Part shown: positions 10,801 to 22,468 of the stretch, piece by piece | How the letters are laid out: each line of letters opens with the position of its first letter | Numbering within the stretch: position 1 is the first letter of the stretch | Source: Pelagomonas calceolata | Taxonomy: Eukaryota | Assembly (NCBI GenBank): GCA_918797485.1 | Contig: CAKKNE010000005.1 | Span: 4,216,001 to 4,280,000, forward strand | Reading direction: 5' to 3' | Length of the DNA stretch: 64,000 nt | Program-made: the position numbers and the translations under genes | The notes under the pieces: model-generated | Databases searched by the model: none | The model's input: the letters and a program-made list of their open reading frames with translations, nothing else | Told to the model about the DNA's origin: nothing

Positions 10801-10982
10801 TGACGGCGGACGACTGCCACGCCGTCTGGCGCGCTATTGCTGGAAGGGGCGAGGCTTATGATAGGGACGGGCTGCTCGCGTGGTGCCGCGACCCGCCCGT
10901 TTTGAAGGACGGGGCTACTGATGACGAGGCGGCGCCGGCGCCGGCGGCGACATCTCCGGCGACGACGGGGGGCGCGGAGTAA
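7874..10982 (+). CDS. Multi-EF-hand calcium-binding protein, 3 exons (7874-8898, 9076-9596, 9700-10982), ~942 aa
   Basis: Many DxDxSG..xxEF loops in three tandem units, each containing WP.L...GNW[YF]KIF...YPG...GLW..LD.D.S..V..QEFM. Splicing restores FFRR|HGQAHSMFK (parallel to FFRRHGREHSMFK) and DDDDSG|LMSYEEL. Confidence 0.85.
8899..9075 (+). mobile_element. GT-AG intron, 177 nt (in-frame, stop-free), introner-derived
   Basis: GTGCCAAA+CGGTG... to ...GATCCCACGCAG. Contains two TCGATGGCGT motifs and interrupts a repeat unit. Confidence 0.75.
9597..9699 (+). mobile_element. GT-AG intron, 103 nt, introner-derived
   Basis: GTCCTTTC... CGCGTCGATGGCGT ...TTGATACACACGCAG. Removal joins two ORFs inside an EF-hand. 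Confidence 0.8.
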
Positions 10983-11461
10983 GCGGCGGAATTCATATTT
11001 GGGGAGGCAAGCGAGAGCGCCGCAGGGGGTCGCGTCGACCACGCGGGGGGCTGCCCTCGTCGCTGATATAAGCCTGGGCTTGGGCTGCAAGTCGCCGCCG
11101 CGCGCGCCCCCGGTCGGCAACGTCATTCCGGCTGTGCCAGGGTGTATGGAGCTGTCTTTTGCGAGCTGGTGAAGGCGGCACACGAGTCTTCGTGCGTCGT
11201 CCGATCGATTCGCTAGTAGGATCGCGGCTCGATGAAGCTGGGCTACCAAGGTTTGGGACCGGATAGCACGGCACAACCGCAGAGCTAGGGAATTCTAAGG
11301 CTGCGTAGCATCTCTCCGCAGCGTTTCCTGCTAGCACACGAAGTTTCAGCTTCGTGCAGCGAGTTTAAGCCTGGTTTCACCAGCATCTAGCATCATCTAC
11401 AACATAGAGGCATAGCCGCTGCCTCCTGTGCTTCTCTCGCATCCACAGCTGTAGACGCATC

Positions 11462-12031
11462 ATGGCACCTCTCAAGCTCGCACTCGTCGCCGCGTCGGCG
11501 GCCGCGCTGGCGCCCGCGTCGACGCCGCTCGTGAGCCGCAAGCTCGCGCTCCAGGAGTTCGGCATCGCGGCCGCCGGCGTGCTCGGCGGCGCGACGCTCT
11601 TCGCGCCGCCGGCCGAGGCGCTGACGCAGGCGGAGAAGGACGCGCTGTACCAGGAGTTCAAAGCCAAAAAAGAGCGGAAGCAGGACCTCCGCCGCGCGAA
11701 CTCCTACTCGGACAAGGCCCGCGGCGCGAACCTCGCCGGCTCGCTGCCCGACGAGGACCTGGCCGCCAAGCTCGCCGACAAGGCGGGCGCCAAGCAGATG
11801 AAGTCGCTCGCGCGCGAGGCGCCGGGCGCGAAGAAGCCGAAGGACATCCAGGGCAAGGACACCATCCGCACCGAGACGAAATCTTTGAAGGAGTTGGCGC
11901 GGGAGGGCCCCGTGGTCCAGAAATACGACGCCGGCCGGCCGCCAGTGCAGGAGACGATTTCCGATAGGGACCGCAAGGAGACGACGCGGAAGGAGCAGCG
12001 CGAGCTGAGCCGCAAGCTGACGGGGAAGTAG
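11462..12031 (+). CDS. Hypothetical plastid (possibly thylakoid-lumen) targeted protein
   Basis: Signal peptide plus ASAAALAP-type motif, then SRK-hydrophobic-PAEA second signal-like stretch. Lys-rich mature part, 189 aa. Confidence 0.7.
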   Translation: MAPLKLALVAASAAALAPASTPLVSRKLALQEFGIAAAGVLGGATLFAPPAEALTQAEKDALYQEFKAKKERKQDLRRANSYSDKARGANLAGSLPDEDLAAKLADKAGAKQMKSLAREAPGAKKPKDIQGKDTIRTETKSLKELAREGPVVQKYDAGRPPVQETISDRDRKETTRKEQRELSRKLTGK

Positions 12032-12205
12032 AAAATCGGCGAAAATCGCATCGGCGGCGGATATGCCAGCCGCGGCCCCTCAGGGGTGGCGGCCGGTAGG
12101 ATTAAGAACTATGCAGATCATCATGGTCTTTTCTTATGCACACTTGGTCCCCTTGATGCGTAGCGCGCAGCGATGCGAGGTCATGAGGCGGCGCCGCGAC
12201 CCGCC

Positions 12206-12532
12206 CTACACCTCGGTTCGCGGCACATCAGCGATCGGCGACACGTAGTACGGCGGCGTGCCGGCGCGGGCGTCGGGTCGTCGCCAATGCTTCGGCGTCG
12301 TCGCCGCCCGGTATTCCGCCGGGATCGCGAGCTCGACGTCGAGGTCGGCCGCGGGCGGCCCGCCCACGAGCTTCGCCGGCTCGCCTATACCGCTCGCGAG
12401 GCAACACATCACGAAGCCGAGGATCATTGCCAAGCTCCCACAACAATCGATTTGCCTGGGATGAGCGCGGCGGCCGGCCCAGACGAGCCGGTTTTGCATA
12501 CGTGCCTGCGCATCCAAGAGCCGTCGCAGCAC
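12206..12532 (-). CDS. Possible small hypothetical protein or gene fragment
   Basis: 108-aa ORF with a hydrophobic segment filling the gap between genes. No recognisable motif. Confidence 0.25.
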   Translation of the reverse strand: MLRRLLDAQARMQNRLVWAGRRAHPRQIDCCGSLAMILGFVMCCLASGIGEPAKLVGGPPAADLDVELAIPAEYRAATTPKHWRRPDARAGTPPYYVSPIADVPRTEV

Positions 12533-12633
12533 CGCTCCGGGGACCGATACCCGGAGCCGCGTCGGCGAATTCGAAAGCAGGGCCGCCGCGGACGCGAGGT
12601 CACTTATAACAATACTTACTTAGCCCCCCCCAT

Positions 12634-15600
12634 CTACGGATCAAAGACCTCGGGCGTGAACGGCGCCTTCGCGTCGTCGGCCGCCGTCTGGTGGCCCATG
12701 GCGATGTCCATCAGCGCCGCGTGGATCGCCGCGTACGGCAGGTGCCGCTCGAGGTACGACCGCGGCAAATTCCCGTCGACCGCCGCATTTTCAATGACCA
12801 TGTACTGCGCCCGCAGCGGCAAATCCATAAACTCCGGCGATTTTTCATGGAGTCTCATATGCGTCACGATGGACGACGCCGACGACACAAAGTCGGCGAC
12901 CATCTGTTGCGCCCTTTTGGGGGACTGAGGATCATCTAACGGCCCAGAAGAAACATGAGCCAAGGCTCGCAGCGCGAAGGAGATCACGTGGAGACCGGGC
13001 GAGCAGCACGCGAGGTCCGGATACCACCTCGCGGGTTTCCACGCGTCGGCAGACATCGCGACAGCCAAAGCCCAAGGGGTGTAGCGGAAATCCTCTGATG
13101 TTTCCACAACAGCAGCGGCCTCCCGATGCAAGTTCCCGTCCCGCTCGTAGTGCTCCACACCGAACGGTGAATCCGCCGTCAAAGCACGATAAAGGGGAGA
13201 ATCATAAGCGTCGTCGTCCACAGGGGGAAGATAAGTAGGGTCGTAGGGCTTCTTGGGGGGCGGCACGAGCCACGACGGTGCTGCCGCGGTACTGTTCGAC
13301 GAGCCTTGGGCGTCCAACGCTAGCAATGCCGAAGATAATAAGTGGGGACACGCTTCCCGCGAGACTCGCGCGTGCGACTCCCTCGTCAGTGCCCTTAAAG
13401 CTAGGATGTTGCCCAGTCTCACACAGGCAGCTAGTAACGCATCCAACACGCCGGCGGTCTTCAGGTCCTGGGAAGCTGGCACCCAGTCGCCTGTCAGACT
13501 ACCTTTCCGGACCCGCTCGAAGATCGGTCTTAATTGTTTGGCGGCGAGGGCCGTCTTGCACCTGCGTGTGTGATGCGGTGATGGCGTCTGCTCGATGGCG
13601 TAAACACAAGGACGCCGCGCACGCACCGCGCCATCTCGTCGACCGCGGCCCTTGTAAATGCGGCGTCCAAGCAGCGCGCACCGTCCGCACCCAACACCCT
13701 TAATAAAGCTTCGAGCTCGGGCCCCTGCAATACTTTCTCAGCTAAAGACGGCTCCTTCGGCAACACTTCATTCTGCTTTTTTTTGCTCTCGGGCGCTACG
13801 TACGTCGACCGCCAGGCCCTATGTTGTGGACAATACACTACATGAGCTGGCAAAGCTCTTATAATACGGACATATTGATCTGCCACTCTCTCAGCTAATA
13901 CAGAGCCGATCGGTTCTCCTCGAGCCCTATCAGCAGCAGACGGCAGATTCGGATCTTTCTGCCAGCCCGGCGGGCCACCCAGCATATCATACACATGACC
14001 GCAGTAGTCCACGTCGAAGTAGCCCGCAGCTCGCGCGCAGGCGCCCATGAGTGACGTGTAGGTCCGTTCCGCGGTCGTCGGTCGTGTGAATTGGTTTCCT
14101 GAGAAGAACGCGTTCGGGATCTCCCGGTCCAAGAAGGTGGTCACGGCTTGTCTCGCGTACTCCAGCGGTCGCAATCGGACGTCTCCGACGACGAGCGCGC
14201 CGCCGAACACGCCTCGCGCGTCTTCTCTGTCACTAAAATCCCAGCGCGCGACCTCCAGCAACGAAGCTAGGCGCGTCTCGGCGTTCACGAGCGGCTGGAT
14301 GGCCCGTTCGTTGCGCGGATGAGACTCATAACCAGCTAAAGGTGCTTCCTTGGGCTTCTCGAGACCCTTCCTCGCGGCTTCTCGCAACGCGGCTTCGCGC
14401 CGCTCCTGGCGGTACGCCGCCTCGACCGGTGCTATTTGAGCTGCCAATGATTCAAGACTTTTCGTGATGTTCGTCAGGCAGCCCTGGACACATGACGCGA
14501 ACCTATCTAAAACAGCTTCAGCTAACGACTTGGAATCGGATTCGAGCTGAATGGCGTCGGCCTCGCAGGCGCCGTGGCCCAAACATCGTCGCGCATATCT
14601 CGACGTTTCTAGGAGTGTTCTAACCAACCGAGACGGCCCTTCTGGCGCGGTCGTCGCGTCCAACCTTCTGAGGAGTTGGTTCCTGAAGGGCCACAACGCA
14701 CCGGCGTCGCAGTGCTCCAGCAACAAAGACCCGTCGGCCAACGACAAATGATCCAACATGACATTCGCCCAGCGGCAGAACGTCGCGAGGTCCCCTTGTA
14801 TTGGAGAACAAGATAGTCGAGCCTGAACTCTCCGCCAGTCTAGTTTTAATGTCAATATGGAAGACGCCTGGACAGCATCAGCGTTCAGCTCCCCCCCGCC
14901 AAACCGCCCGTCGCGCTCCGCCCGTAGCAACGTCTTGACGCATGCATCGACGTCGTTCACGGAAGCTACTCTAGATGCAAGTGAAGAAATCATCGAAGCG
15001 CAGTTCGCCGGCGCCGTCGACGAAGCCTTCCCAGCGAACTTTTGTAGTGCTTCGGCGTCGGCCTTCGACGCGTACGCTAAGTGGTAAGACGCGACCTTTT
15101 TGCGATCTCTTCTGAGTAGAGCCGCCAGGGCCACGAACGCGTCGGCCAGCTGCGGCAAGTCTGGACTTTCGAAGTGCTTTTCGTCGTAGTGCTTCATGCG
15201 ATGTTTCGGCGGTAACGCCGCGCCTCCTCTTGTTGGATCGTGCCGTAAGGCCCACAGCACTTCGTCCCGAGCTAGGGCGCAACACGCTAACACCAAAGGC
15301 GCCTTCGCCGTGCTCAACCCCGGCACGGCGACCAACAGCCCTTGGGCCACATCTAATTCACCGAGTAGATAAGCCCGTCTCTCCCGATGCTTCAGGCCAC
15401 TATGTAATACCGCGTTCTTCGACCACTCCTTGGCTAGTTTTGCGAGCTTGACGTCGCGCCGTTGCAGCGGGTAGTTCCGGGGCGGAAACCACTTCCCTAG
15501 AGCCTCCAACTCGCTATGGACATTTATCGTCGACGAGCGATACAGCTGCATGACTAACGCATCCTCGCAGGCCATCTTCGATACTAAGAGCGCAAGACCT

Positions 15601-16499
15601 TGGGCGTCGAACACAACCCCGGGACACGCTAACGTCGCTAGGATCGCAAAATCACACCCGAGTCGCGCCTCGAGCAATTCCCCATGTAAAGTCCGACAGT
15701 CCCTCCGACCCTTATGCTTCGTATCCAATGGAGCTTCGGACGGCTTCTGTAAACCGGACGCGTCCTCCAACAATGTGAGAGCGGACCTCCTTACTAGCGA
15801 CTGGGCGCCCTCGCTATGTAATTGTACGAGCTCCAATTGCTGCGCTACGAGCGAAGATAAAGTAGCCACGTGCTCCTTGAAGGCCTCGACGCAAAAGCGC
15901 CAGCAATCATCTAATCGAGGTAAGAGTTTCTTGGCCACAGGCTCGTAGTTGCCAGGCAACGGCCTCGAGGCAGCTTTGAGGGCACACGCGTACAAAGCGA
16001 CCAATGCCTTCCGATCAGGAATGGTGGACGCGAACTTCAACAGCCGCGTGTAGGCATTGAACAGCCTCAAGACAGAACGAGTCGTCTCCCGACCTTCGTC
16101 CAGAGAATAATGCCTCAGTTGCCCGAGCATGGCCCTGAGAGTGGTCAAGTGCACAGCTAAGTGCGCTTCCAGGTCCACGAACAGCTCATAACCGTGCCTC
16201 AACTCGGCAGCGGTCTCCGTCGCCCGCGCGCGGAAACTCTCTAGCTTCGCGTCCTTGGTCAAATCCGGCAATGTGGGAAACGCCTTCGCGAGCTTGCTGC
16301 GCAGGCCCTTCCACTCCGGTTCGCGCACGGCCCGGCACTTGTCATTGGACCTTAGAGTGCGGTCGAGGCGGTGGCACCTTGCTAAAAGGCCCTCGGCGCC
16401 GTCTAGTAGCACCAAAGTTCGTTCCGCGAAGCGCTCGGGCGCGAGATGGTTTGATGGTGGTGGCGGCGGTTTGTCGGGCGCGCCGGCGTGCGTGGCCAT
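12634..16499 (-). CDS. NAP1: Nck-associated protein 1 (NAP1/NCKAP1/HEM family, WAVE regulatory complex), 2 exons (16499-13627, 13561-12634), ~1266 aa
   Basis: N-terminal FAERTLVLLDGAEGLLARCH and C-terminal LPRSYLERHLPYAAIHAALMDI resemble NCKAP1 termini. Size is consistent. One intron joins two ORFs. Confidence 0.8.
13562..13626 (-). mobile_element. GT-AG intron, 65 nt, introner remnant
   Basis: G|GTGC...ACGCCATCGAGCAG...CACACACGCAG|GTGC. Direct repeat at both junctions and restores MAR|CKTAL. Confidence 0.8.
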
Positions 16500-16707
16500 T
16501 TTCTATGAGCTTTGGCGCGTCGTCGGCGTTTTACGCGCTGCTTTTTAATGGCTGCCTTTTTGAGATGCCTTTTTTTTATGCGTACGGAGCTGTTGCTGAC
16601 ACAGGTTCGCGTCGCAACTCGTTTTTACCAGTGATGGCAATCACGTACCGCACGCGTGCCTTGGCTCACTGCAGCGCGCCGCGCAAAAGCTCCGCGCCAA
16701 AGATGGA

Positions 16708-16735
16708 GCTAGCGGCATGTAAGACACTAGCAAGC
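16708..16735 (-). promoter_or_regulatory. Conserved intergenic motif copy 3
   Basis: + strand GCTAGCGGCATGTAAGACACTAGCAAGC, 208 bp upstream of the NAP1 ATG. Confidence 0.75.
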
Positions 16736-16923
16736 AACTCCGTGGAGGGTTCTCCGGAGAAGAAGCCCTCTCTTGCGACTGTTCTTCATTAGTTTTAGCC
16801 CAGCGTGCGCATCCGCCGGCCGGTTGTTGCGATGTAAGCAAGCAGGCCGCACTACGGCTCGCAGGAGAACCTCCGCCCCCCCCTACGCCGTCGACGCTAG
16901 GTGTCATAGTCTTACGCGGAAAC

Positions 16924-17577
16924 TCACGACTGCGAGCAGCCCCCCCGCAGCGCCGCGCACGGGTTCTTCCGCAGCGACCCCCCGCCTCCTAAATGCGGGT
17001 ACCACGTCTGCAGGATGGCCTTCATCCGCTCGTGTGCGCTGTCCAGATCGTCGTTCACGAGGTAAGCGTCGAAGGGCGCCGGGCCGGCCCGCGGCCGTGC
17101 GTAGTCCATCTCGGATTGCGCGTTCGTCATGCGCTTCTGGATCTTCTCCTCCGTCTCCGTGCCGCGGCCCCGCAACCGCGCTTCCAGAGCTTCCATGGAA
17201 GGTGCTTCCACCCACAGACACTTCGCGCCGAGGTTCGCTTCTTTCACACTACGCACTCCTTGACAGTCGATGTCTAAGACACAAATCTTGCCAGCCTTCT
17301 GGACGTCCTCCACGCTGGCTTTGGACGTGCCGTAGTAGTTGCCGTGGACGTGGGCACTTTCCAGAAATTTGCCCTGTTCTATCTCGGCCTTCATCGTATC
17401 GACCTCGGCGAAGTGGTAGTGGACGCCGTCCTCCTCGCCCGGTCTCGGCGCACGCGTCGTATGGCTCACCGAAAAGCCAAATGCTTCCGGATCCCAGGCC
17501 ATCAGCTTCGCGATCAACGTGCCCTTGCCGGCGCCCGAGCAGCCGGCGACCACCAGAGGCGGGAAGTAGGAGGCCAT
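16924..17577 (-). CDS. gmk: Guanylate kinase
   Basis: P-loop GCSGAGKGT, SVSHTTRAPRPGEEDGVHYHF, GNYYGTS, VLDIDCQG, LEARLRGRGTET. Confidence 0.95.
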   Translation of the reverse strand: MASYFPPLVVAGCSGAGKGTLIAKLMAWDPEAFGFSVSHTTRAPRPGEEDGVHYHFAEVDTMKAEIEQGKFLESAHVHGNYYGTSKASVEDVQKAGKICVLDIDCQGVRSVKEANLGAKCLWVEAPSMEALEARLRGRGTETEEKIQKRMTNAQSEMDYARPRAGPAPFDAYLVNDDLDSAHERMKAILQTWYPHLGGGGSLRKNPCAALRGGCSQS

Positions 17578-18148
17578 TCTCATATGCTTGCTCCTTGCGT
17601 TTGCGTAGGAGAGTGTGCGCCGGAGCGCGGCGGCGCGCGACGTCGTTGCTTGCCTTTTTTGGCAAGTTTGGGCTGAGCAAGTTTGGCTGCTCCCAGCACT
17701 CAAACGACGGCTGGACGGTGCCGAGCGCTTGCGCAGCGATTTATGCGCGTCGAGGCGCTGTCGCTGAGTCCGCGCGTTGCACGGATTGCGGCTCACGAGT
17801 TGGACGCCGATTTTTGGCTAAATTGTGTGTAAAACCCGCGACGGCCACCGCCAAACCTAGGCGACGGACGCCGTTGCATGTGAAGCATCGTTCCAGGCTT
17901 CGGAACAAAGGCTCGGAGCAGTTGCGAATTAAGCAGTTTCCCTCCAGGCAATCTCCGCAGGTCGCGGCGTGCTGTTGCTCGCGCCGTATTCAGATACTTT
18001 TTGGTTGAAAGATCGAGCATCGTCAGCTGCTTGACGCCATCGTTCACGAATTTTCCGCAGCGGTGCCCTCCGGGAAAGGAGCAGCCCTCTTTGGGTTCCA
18101 ACCCCAGCTCGCTCTGTTTCACTGCGGCGCGGGCCGCGCGCAGAAACA

Positions 18149-18550
18149 ATGAGTGCCAAAATCCCCGGCGGCAAGCCGACTGACGACACGAAGAAAAAAC
18201 CAGCCGAGCGACGAAGGAACCGGACAAACTACCGCTGCTCGAAGTGCGGCCAGCCGAAGCGAGGGCACGTCTGCCCCTACCAGCCGCGGGTCGTGAAAGA
18301 TCCGACCGCGCCTGCGGTGCCCACCAGGAACGCCGCGGTCCAGGTCGAAATGGACGAGCGGTTGGCCGTGCGGCATTTGTCGCTGGCGGCGCAGGGCTAC
18401 CCCGAGAGCTACGGGGAGATACCGCCGCCGCCGCCGCCGGGCGCGCCGCCGAACTATTCGCCGGGCGGCTCGGGCGCGTCGCCGGACCTGTCTTTTTCTG
18501 GTGATCTCTCCTTGGGCAGCGCCGGCGCGCTTCCGCTGTCGCCCGGGTGA
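18149..18550 (+). CDS. Small zinc-knuckle protein
   Basis: YRCSKCGQPKRGHVCP (CCHC) preceded by a basic stretch. Confidence 0.7.
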   Translation: MSAKIPGGKPTDDTKKKPAERRRNRTNYRCSKCGQPKRGHVCPYQPRVVKDPTAPAVPTRNAAVQVEMDERLAVRHLSLAAQGYPESYGEIPPPPPPGAPPNYSPGGSGASPDLSFSGDLSLGSAGALPLSPG

Positions 18551-18608
18551 GGTCTCTCGTGTGTAATCGGTTTTTACATACGTCCGTTTTGTTCAGACAA
18601 TAGCATAG

Positions 18609-19535
18609 TTATCCTCCAACGGATTTCTCGAAGCTTGGCGCGCGGAGCGGCGCGTTCGGCGAGGGCGTGGCGTAGGTACCGAACACGCGGTCCCACAGCG
18701 TGAACCGCTTCGCGAAGTTGACCGCGGCGGCGCCGTGGTGCGCGTCGTGGTCCGCCGTCCGCAGCGCGATGCCGAGATACCGCGGTAGCCAGACGCACTG
18801 GGGAAACGACGTCGCGCGGCTCTCGCAGCCGGCGTGGCCCGCCGCCTCGACGTAGGCCTTATAGGCCCACACGAGCGTGACGGAGTCCAGCAGCCGGCCC
18901 GTCGCCGCGAGCGCCGCCAGCGCCGGTAGCGCGTTGCAGACGACGACGTCGAGCGGCGCCTGGGCGTAGGCCAGCACGGGCGCCAGCCCCGAGGCGTGGG
19001 CGTGGTGCGCCGCGTGGGCGTTAAAGAACGCCTTCGCGATTCCGCTGCGGCGCCGGGCGCAGGCGTGCGCGAAGCGGTGCGTCCAGTAGTGCCCGAGGTC
19101 GAAACAGACCTCGAAACAAAAAGACGCGGCGACGAAGCGTAGGTAGGACGTGGGCCGCGGGGCGCCGACCCAGCCCAGATGGCGCGCGAGGCAGAGCGTG
19201 ATCGCGTCGACCGGCGCTGCGACCAGAAAGAGCCGCCGCCAGGCGTCTTTGACCTGGCTTCGTGAGGGCCGCGCGCGGTCATTCAGTCGGGCCTTGCCCG
19301 CCGTCGCTACGTCGAGGAAGAGCACCACGAATGCGTCGCGCAGCGCGCAAGCGGCGAGGCAGGCGAGGAACGACGGCCCCATTGCCGCTTCCAGCCGGTC
19401 GACGGCCGACGCGAGGGCGACGAGGAAGCCGTTCACGAGGAGGAAGGGGCGCAGCCAGCCCAAGTTCCGTTTCGCTATTTTACCTTGCTGGACCTGTTTG
19501 GGGGCAAGGCGCAAGCCGCCACGGCCGGCACCCAT
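18609..19535 (-). CDS. Fatty acid hydroxylase / sterol desaturase superfamily protein
   Basis: His boxes HYWTHR, HAAHH, GHAG, HDAHH, then NFAKRFTLWDRVFGTY. Confidence 0.9.
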   Translation of the reverse strand: MGAGRGGLRLAPKQVQQGKIAKRNLGWLRPFLLVNGFLVALASAVDRLEAAMGPSFLACLAACALRDAFVVLFLDVATAGKARLNDRARPSRSQVKDAWRRLFLVAAPVDAITLCLARHLGWVGAPRPTSYLRFVAASFCFEVCFDLGHYWTHRFAHACARRRSGIAKAFFNAHAAHHAHASGLAPVLAYAQAPLDVVVCNALPALAALAATGRLLDSVTLVWAYKAYVEAAGHAGCESRATSFPQCVWLPRYLGIALRTADHDAHHGAAAVNFAKRFTLWDRVFGTYATPSPNAPLRAPSFEKSVGG

Positions 19536-19633
19536 TCTCTGGATCAAAATCTGGCCCTGGGGCAATTTGTTGCTGTCAAGGTTGTGGCGCTGGTGTATAT
19601 AGGGCTCCTAACCGAGTTGAGGCCCCTGCATTG

Positions 19634-19660
19634 GTTTGCTAGTGCCTTAATGCCGCTAGT
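19634..19660 (+). promoter_or_regulatory. Conserved intergenic motif copy 4
   Basis: GTTTGCTAGTGCCTTAATGCCGCTAGT between divergent genes. Confidence 0.65.
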
Positions 19661-19857
19661 AAAAACTCGAGCGCGCATCGAGCGCTGAAAACACCCTGCG
19701 AAGGGCCGTTTTCCACAGCCTTGTGCTCCCGCGAGCCTCACACCGGTCTACACGAAGCCACAAAACCGAAAAAGCAGCCGTAGGTCAGCGCGTGACTAAA
19801 ACACAAAAAGAGCTACCAGCTCTCTGCTGCAAAAACCACCGCGACAGCGTAAAAAAG

Positions 19858-22468
19858 ATGGGCCAAAACCAACCAGGAGGCTTCCAGGACGACGGCGTGC
19901 CCTCGGCCGCGCCGCCGCCCGAGCTCACGACGATCACGGGCGTCGGCGTCCCGGGCGACGGCACGACGCGGCTGGACGAGGCCGAGGCCTCGCCCGCCCA
20001 AGAAGCTTTAGATCAAGCGCGCGTCCAGCAGCTCACGCCCGATAGCCATGATGAGCTCGTGTCGAACGCCGCCGACAACGACGAAAGACGCGCGGCGCGG
20101 GACGGGAGGGCCCAGTACGAGCGCCGCGTGCGCGCCCAGGACGAGGCGCCGCCGCCGCCCTCCGCCGCCATTCGCCAGGCCGTCGACCGCGCGGCCGCGC
20201 GGTCGCCGGGCCGCAGCGTCACGTCCCATAGTTCGGGCGACGCGCCGTCGCAGGAAGAAGCTCCCTCAGAATACATGTGCCCCATCACTTTATCGATGAT
20301 GGCCGACCCCGTCGTGGCCAACGACGGCCACTCGTATGAAAGGGCCGCCATCGCGCACTGGCTCGCGACGCACAACACGTCGCCGCAGACCCGAGAACCG
20401 ATGGTCTCGCGCGAGCTCGTGCCGAACCACGCGCTGCGCGCGCGCATCGCCGCCTGGCGGACGCAGCGCGGGTTAGATCCCTTGCCGGCGCGCTGGATCC
20501 CGCCCGCGGCGCCCGCGCCCGCGCCCCAACAACCGCAGCAGCGCCAGCCGCGGCCGACGGCGCTGCACTTGACGAACGAGCGCATGGCCGTCGTCTGCCA
20601 GGCGATCCACGGCGTTTTGAATAGAGCGCCCCACCTGCGGCAGACGCTGGGCCTCGCCGCGGCGCCGCGCGGCGCCGTGCCGCGGCTCGTGCTGTCGCGG
20701 CCGCGCGCCGTCGAGGCGCTCGCCCATTATGCCCGAGACGTGCCGGACCTCCAGCACTTCGCGGCCGTGCTCTCGCGCGTCGGCGACCGGCGTCCGCCCA
20801 CGCGGTTCTTCACTTGACGCGCCGATGGCGTGGAGGCCGGGCTCGGACGCCGTCGACGCGACGCGCCCCGCGCAGATCCACGCCCAGCAGCAGCGGGCCC
20901 TGGACCAGGCGAACTCGGGCCTGCCGCCGCCGCCGCCGCCGAACGCGCCCCAGCAGCCCCTTCCGTCGAGCTTCCCGACGCGGCAGCCCAACGCCGAGCC
21001 CGTACCCAGTAGAGCGGCAGCAAGATTGTCCGCGGCCTGCAGCGCCCTGCGGGCCGACGACGCGTCGGCCTTGGTGGCCGCGCTGACGGGCATCGGCCCT
21101 TCTGATTTGCACAACGTGCAATTACGAGAGGACTGCACGAACATGGCGTTAAGGTTGGGCAACAACGCGCCCGCGGCCTTGAGGAGGGCGGCGCACGACT
21201 GCGCGTCCGGCGATTCCATATTGCACGTCGCGTGCGCGCAGGGCGCGCACATGTGCGCCGCGCAGCTTATTGATCGCTTCGGCTTCGACCCGTCGGGGCG
21301 GGCGCCCTCGGACGGCGCCACGCCCCTCCACCTGGCGGCCTTCGCGGGGCGGAGGAAGCTCGTCGAGGCTTTACTAAGAAGAGGCGCGGACGCGAACGCG
21401 CGAAGCTTGGGCGCGGACCCGAACGCGATCCGCATGCGCGACGGCCCGCGGCCGCCGGTCTGCGCGGACGCGACGCCGCTGCATTACGCGTGCCTCGGCG
21501 TGCGCACGTCGCGGTCCGAGGCCGTCGAGGCCCTGCTCAAGGGCGGGGCGTCGCCGCATAGGAGAGATGAGCACGGCTCCACACCTTTACATGTGTGCTG
21601 CCACCGCGGCGTCGAGGGCGCGGCGCTCGCTTTATTAAAAGCCGCGTCCGAAAAGCCGCTCACGGACTTCAGCGAGGGCGCCTCGGCTTCCGATAGAGAC
21701 ACGGCCTACGCGTCGCGCCGCGACTACGTGGAGCGCTTCTCGCCGCTCCATCGCCTCGCGCAGTCGGGCCGGCCGGACTGGGCGCCCTCGAACCTCATAA
21801 AGAAGCTCGTCGAGGCGTCGGCGGACGTGCACTCGCTGTCGCGACGGGGCCTGACGCCGTTGCACGTCGCGGCGGCGGGCGGCCGCGCCGCGTCGTGCGG
21901 CGCGTTAGTACGAGCGGGCGCGAACGCCGGCTTCAGCCAGCGGGGCGGCGCGCACGAGACGCCCTTGCATGCAGCGGTCCGAGCGAAGCAGGTGGGAGCT
22001 TTAAGGGCGATGCTCGAGGCCTGCCCGGAAGATAAACGAAGGGCGACGTGCGACGCGCCGTCGCAGGACGGGTCGACTGCTTTACATTTAGCGTGCGCGC
22101 TGGGCAGCGTCGACGCGTGCGAAGCTTTGTTAGATGCGGGCGCGTCCGTCGACAGTAGGACGGACGACGGCGACGCGCCACTGCACGTCGCGGCCTGGAC
22201 GAACTCGTTGGCCGTCGCGGACGCGCTGCTCGCGCGCGGCGCGCCCGTCGACGCCGCGAAGCTCGACGGGAGCACTGCCTTGCATCTGTGCGCCGCGCGG
22301 GGCCTCCACGCGATGGCGCGCGGGCTCCTCGACCACGGCGCGGACCCGTCGCGGCGGACCGTGTCGGGCTCGAGCCCGCTGGACCGCGCGCGCCTCTTCC
22401 GCGACGACCGGCTCGCGCGCGTCCTCGAGCTCGCGGCCGCGACGCCGCCGGCGAGCCCCACTAACTAG
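19858..22468 (+). CDS. U-box + ankyrin-repeat E3 ligase-like protein, 2 exons (19858-20778, 20876-22468), ~837 aa
   Basis: U-box EYMCPITLSMMADPVVANDGHSYERAAI...NTSPQT...LVPNHALR. About 9 ankyrin repeats (TPLH/TALH). MGQ start could be myristoylated. Confidence 0.85.
20779..20875 (+). mobile_element. GT-AG intron, ~97 nt, introner remnant (donor could be 20767)
   Basis: Contains CGATGGCGTGGAGG and GTCGACGCG, ends CCCGCGCAG, and joins the U-box and ankyrin ORFs in phase 0. Confidence 0.7.

Noticed and set aside
16850..16930. Possible terminal intron in guanylate kinase (GTGAGT near the stop, GCGTCGACGGCGT downstream)
   Set aside because: No convincing TIR-like acceptor, and the protein is already complete.
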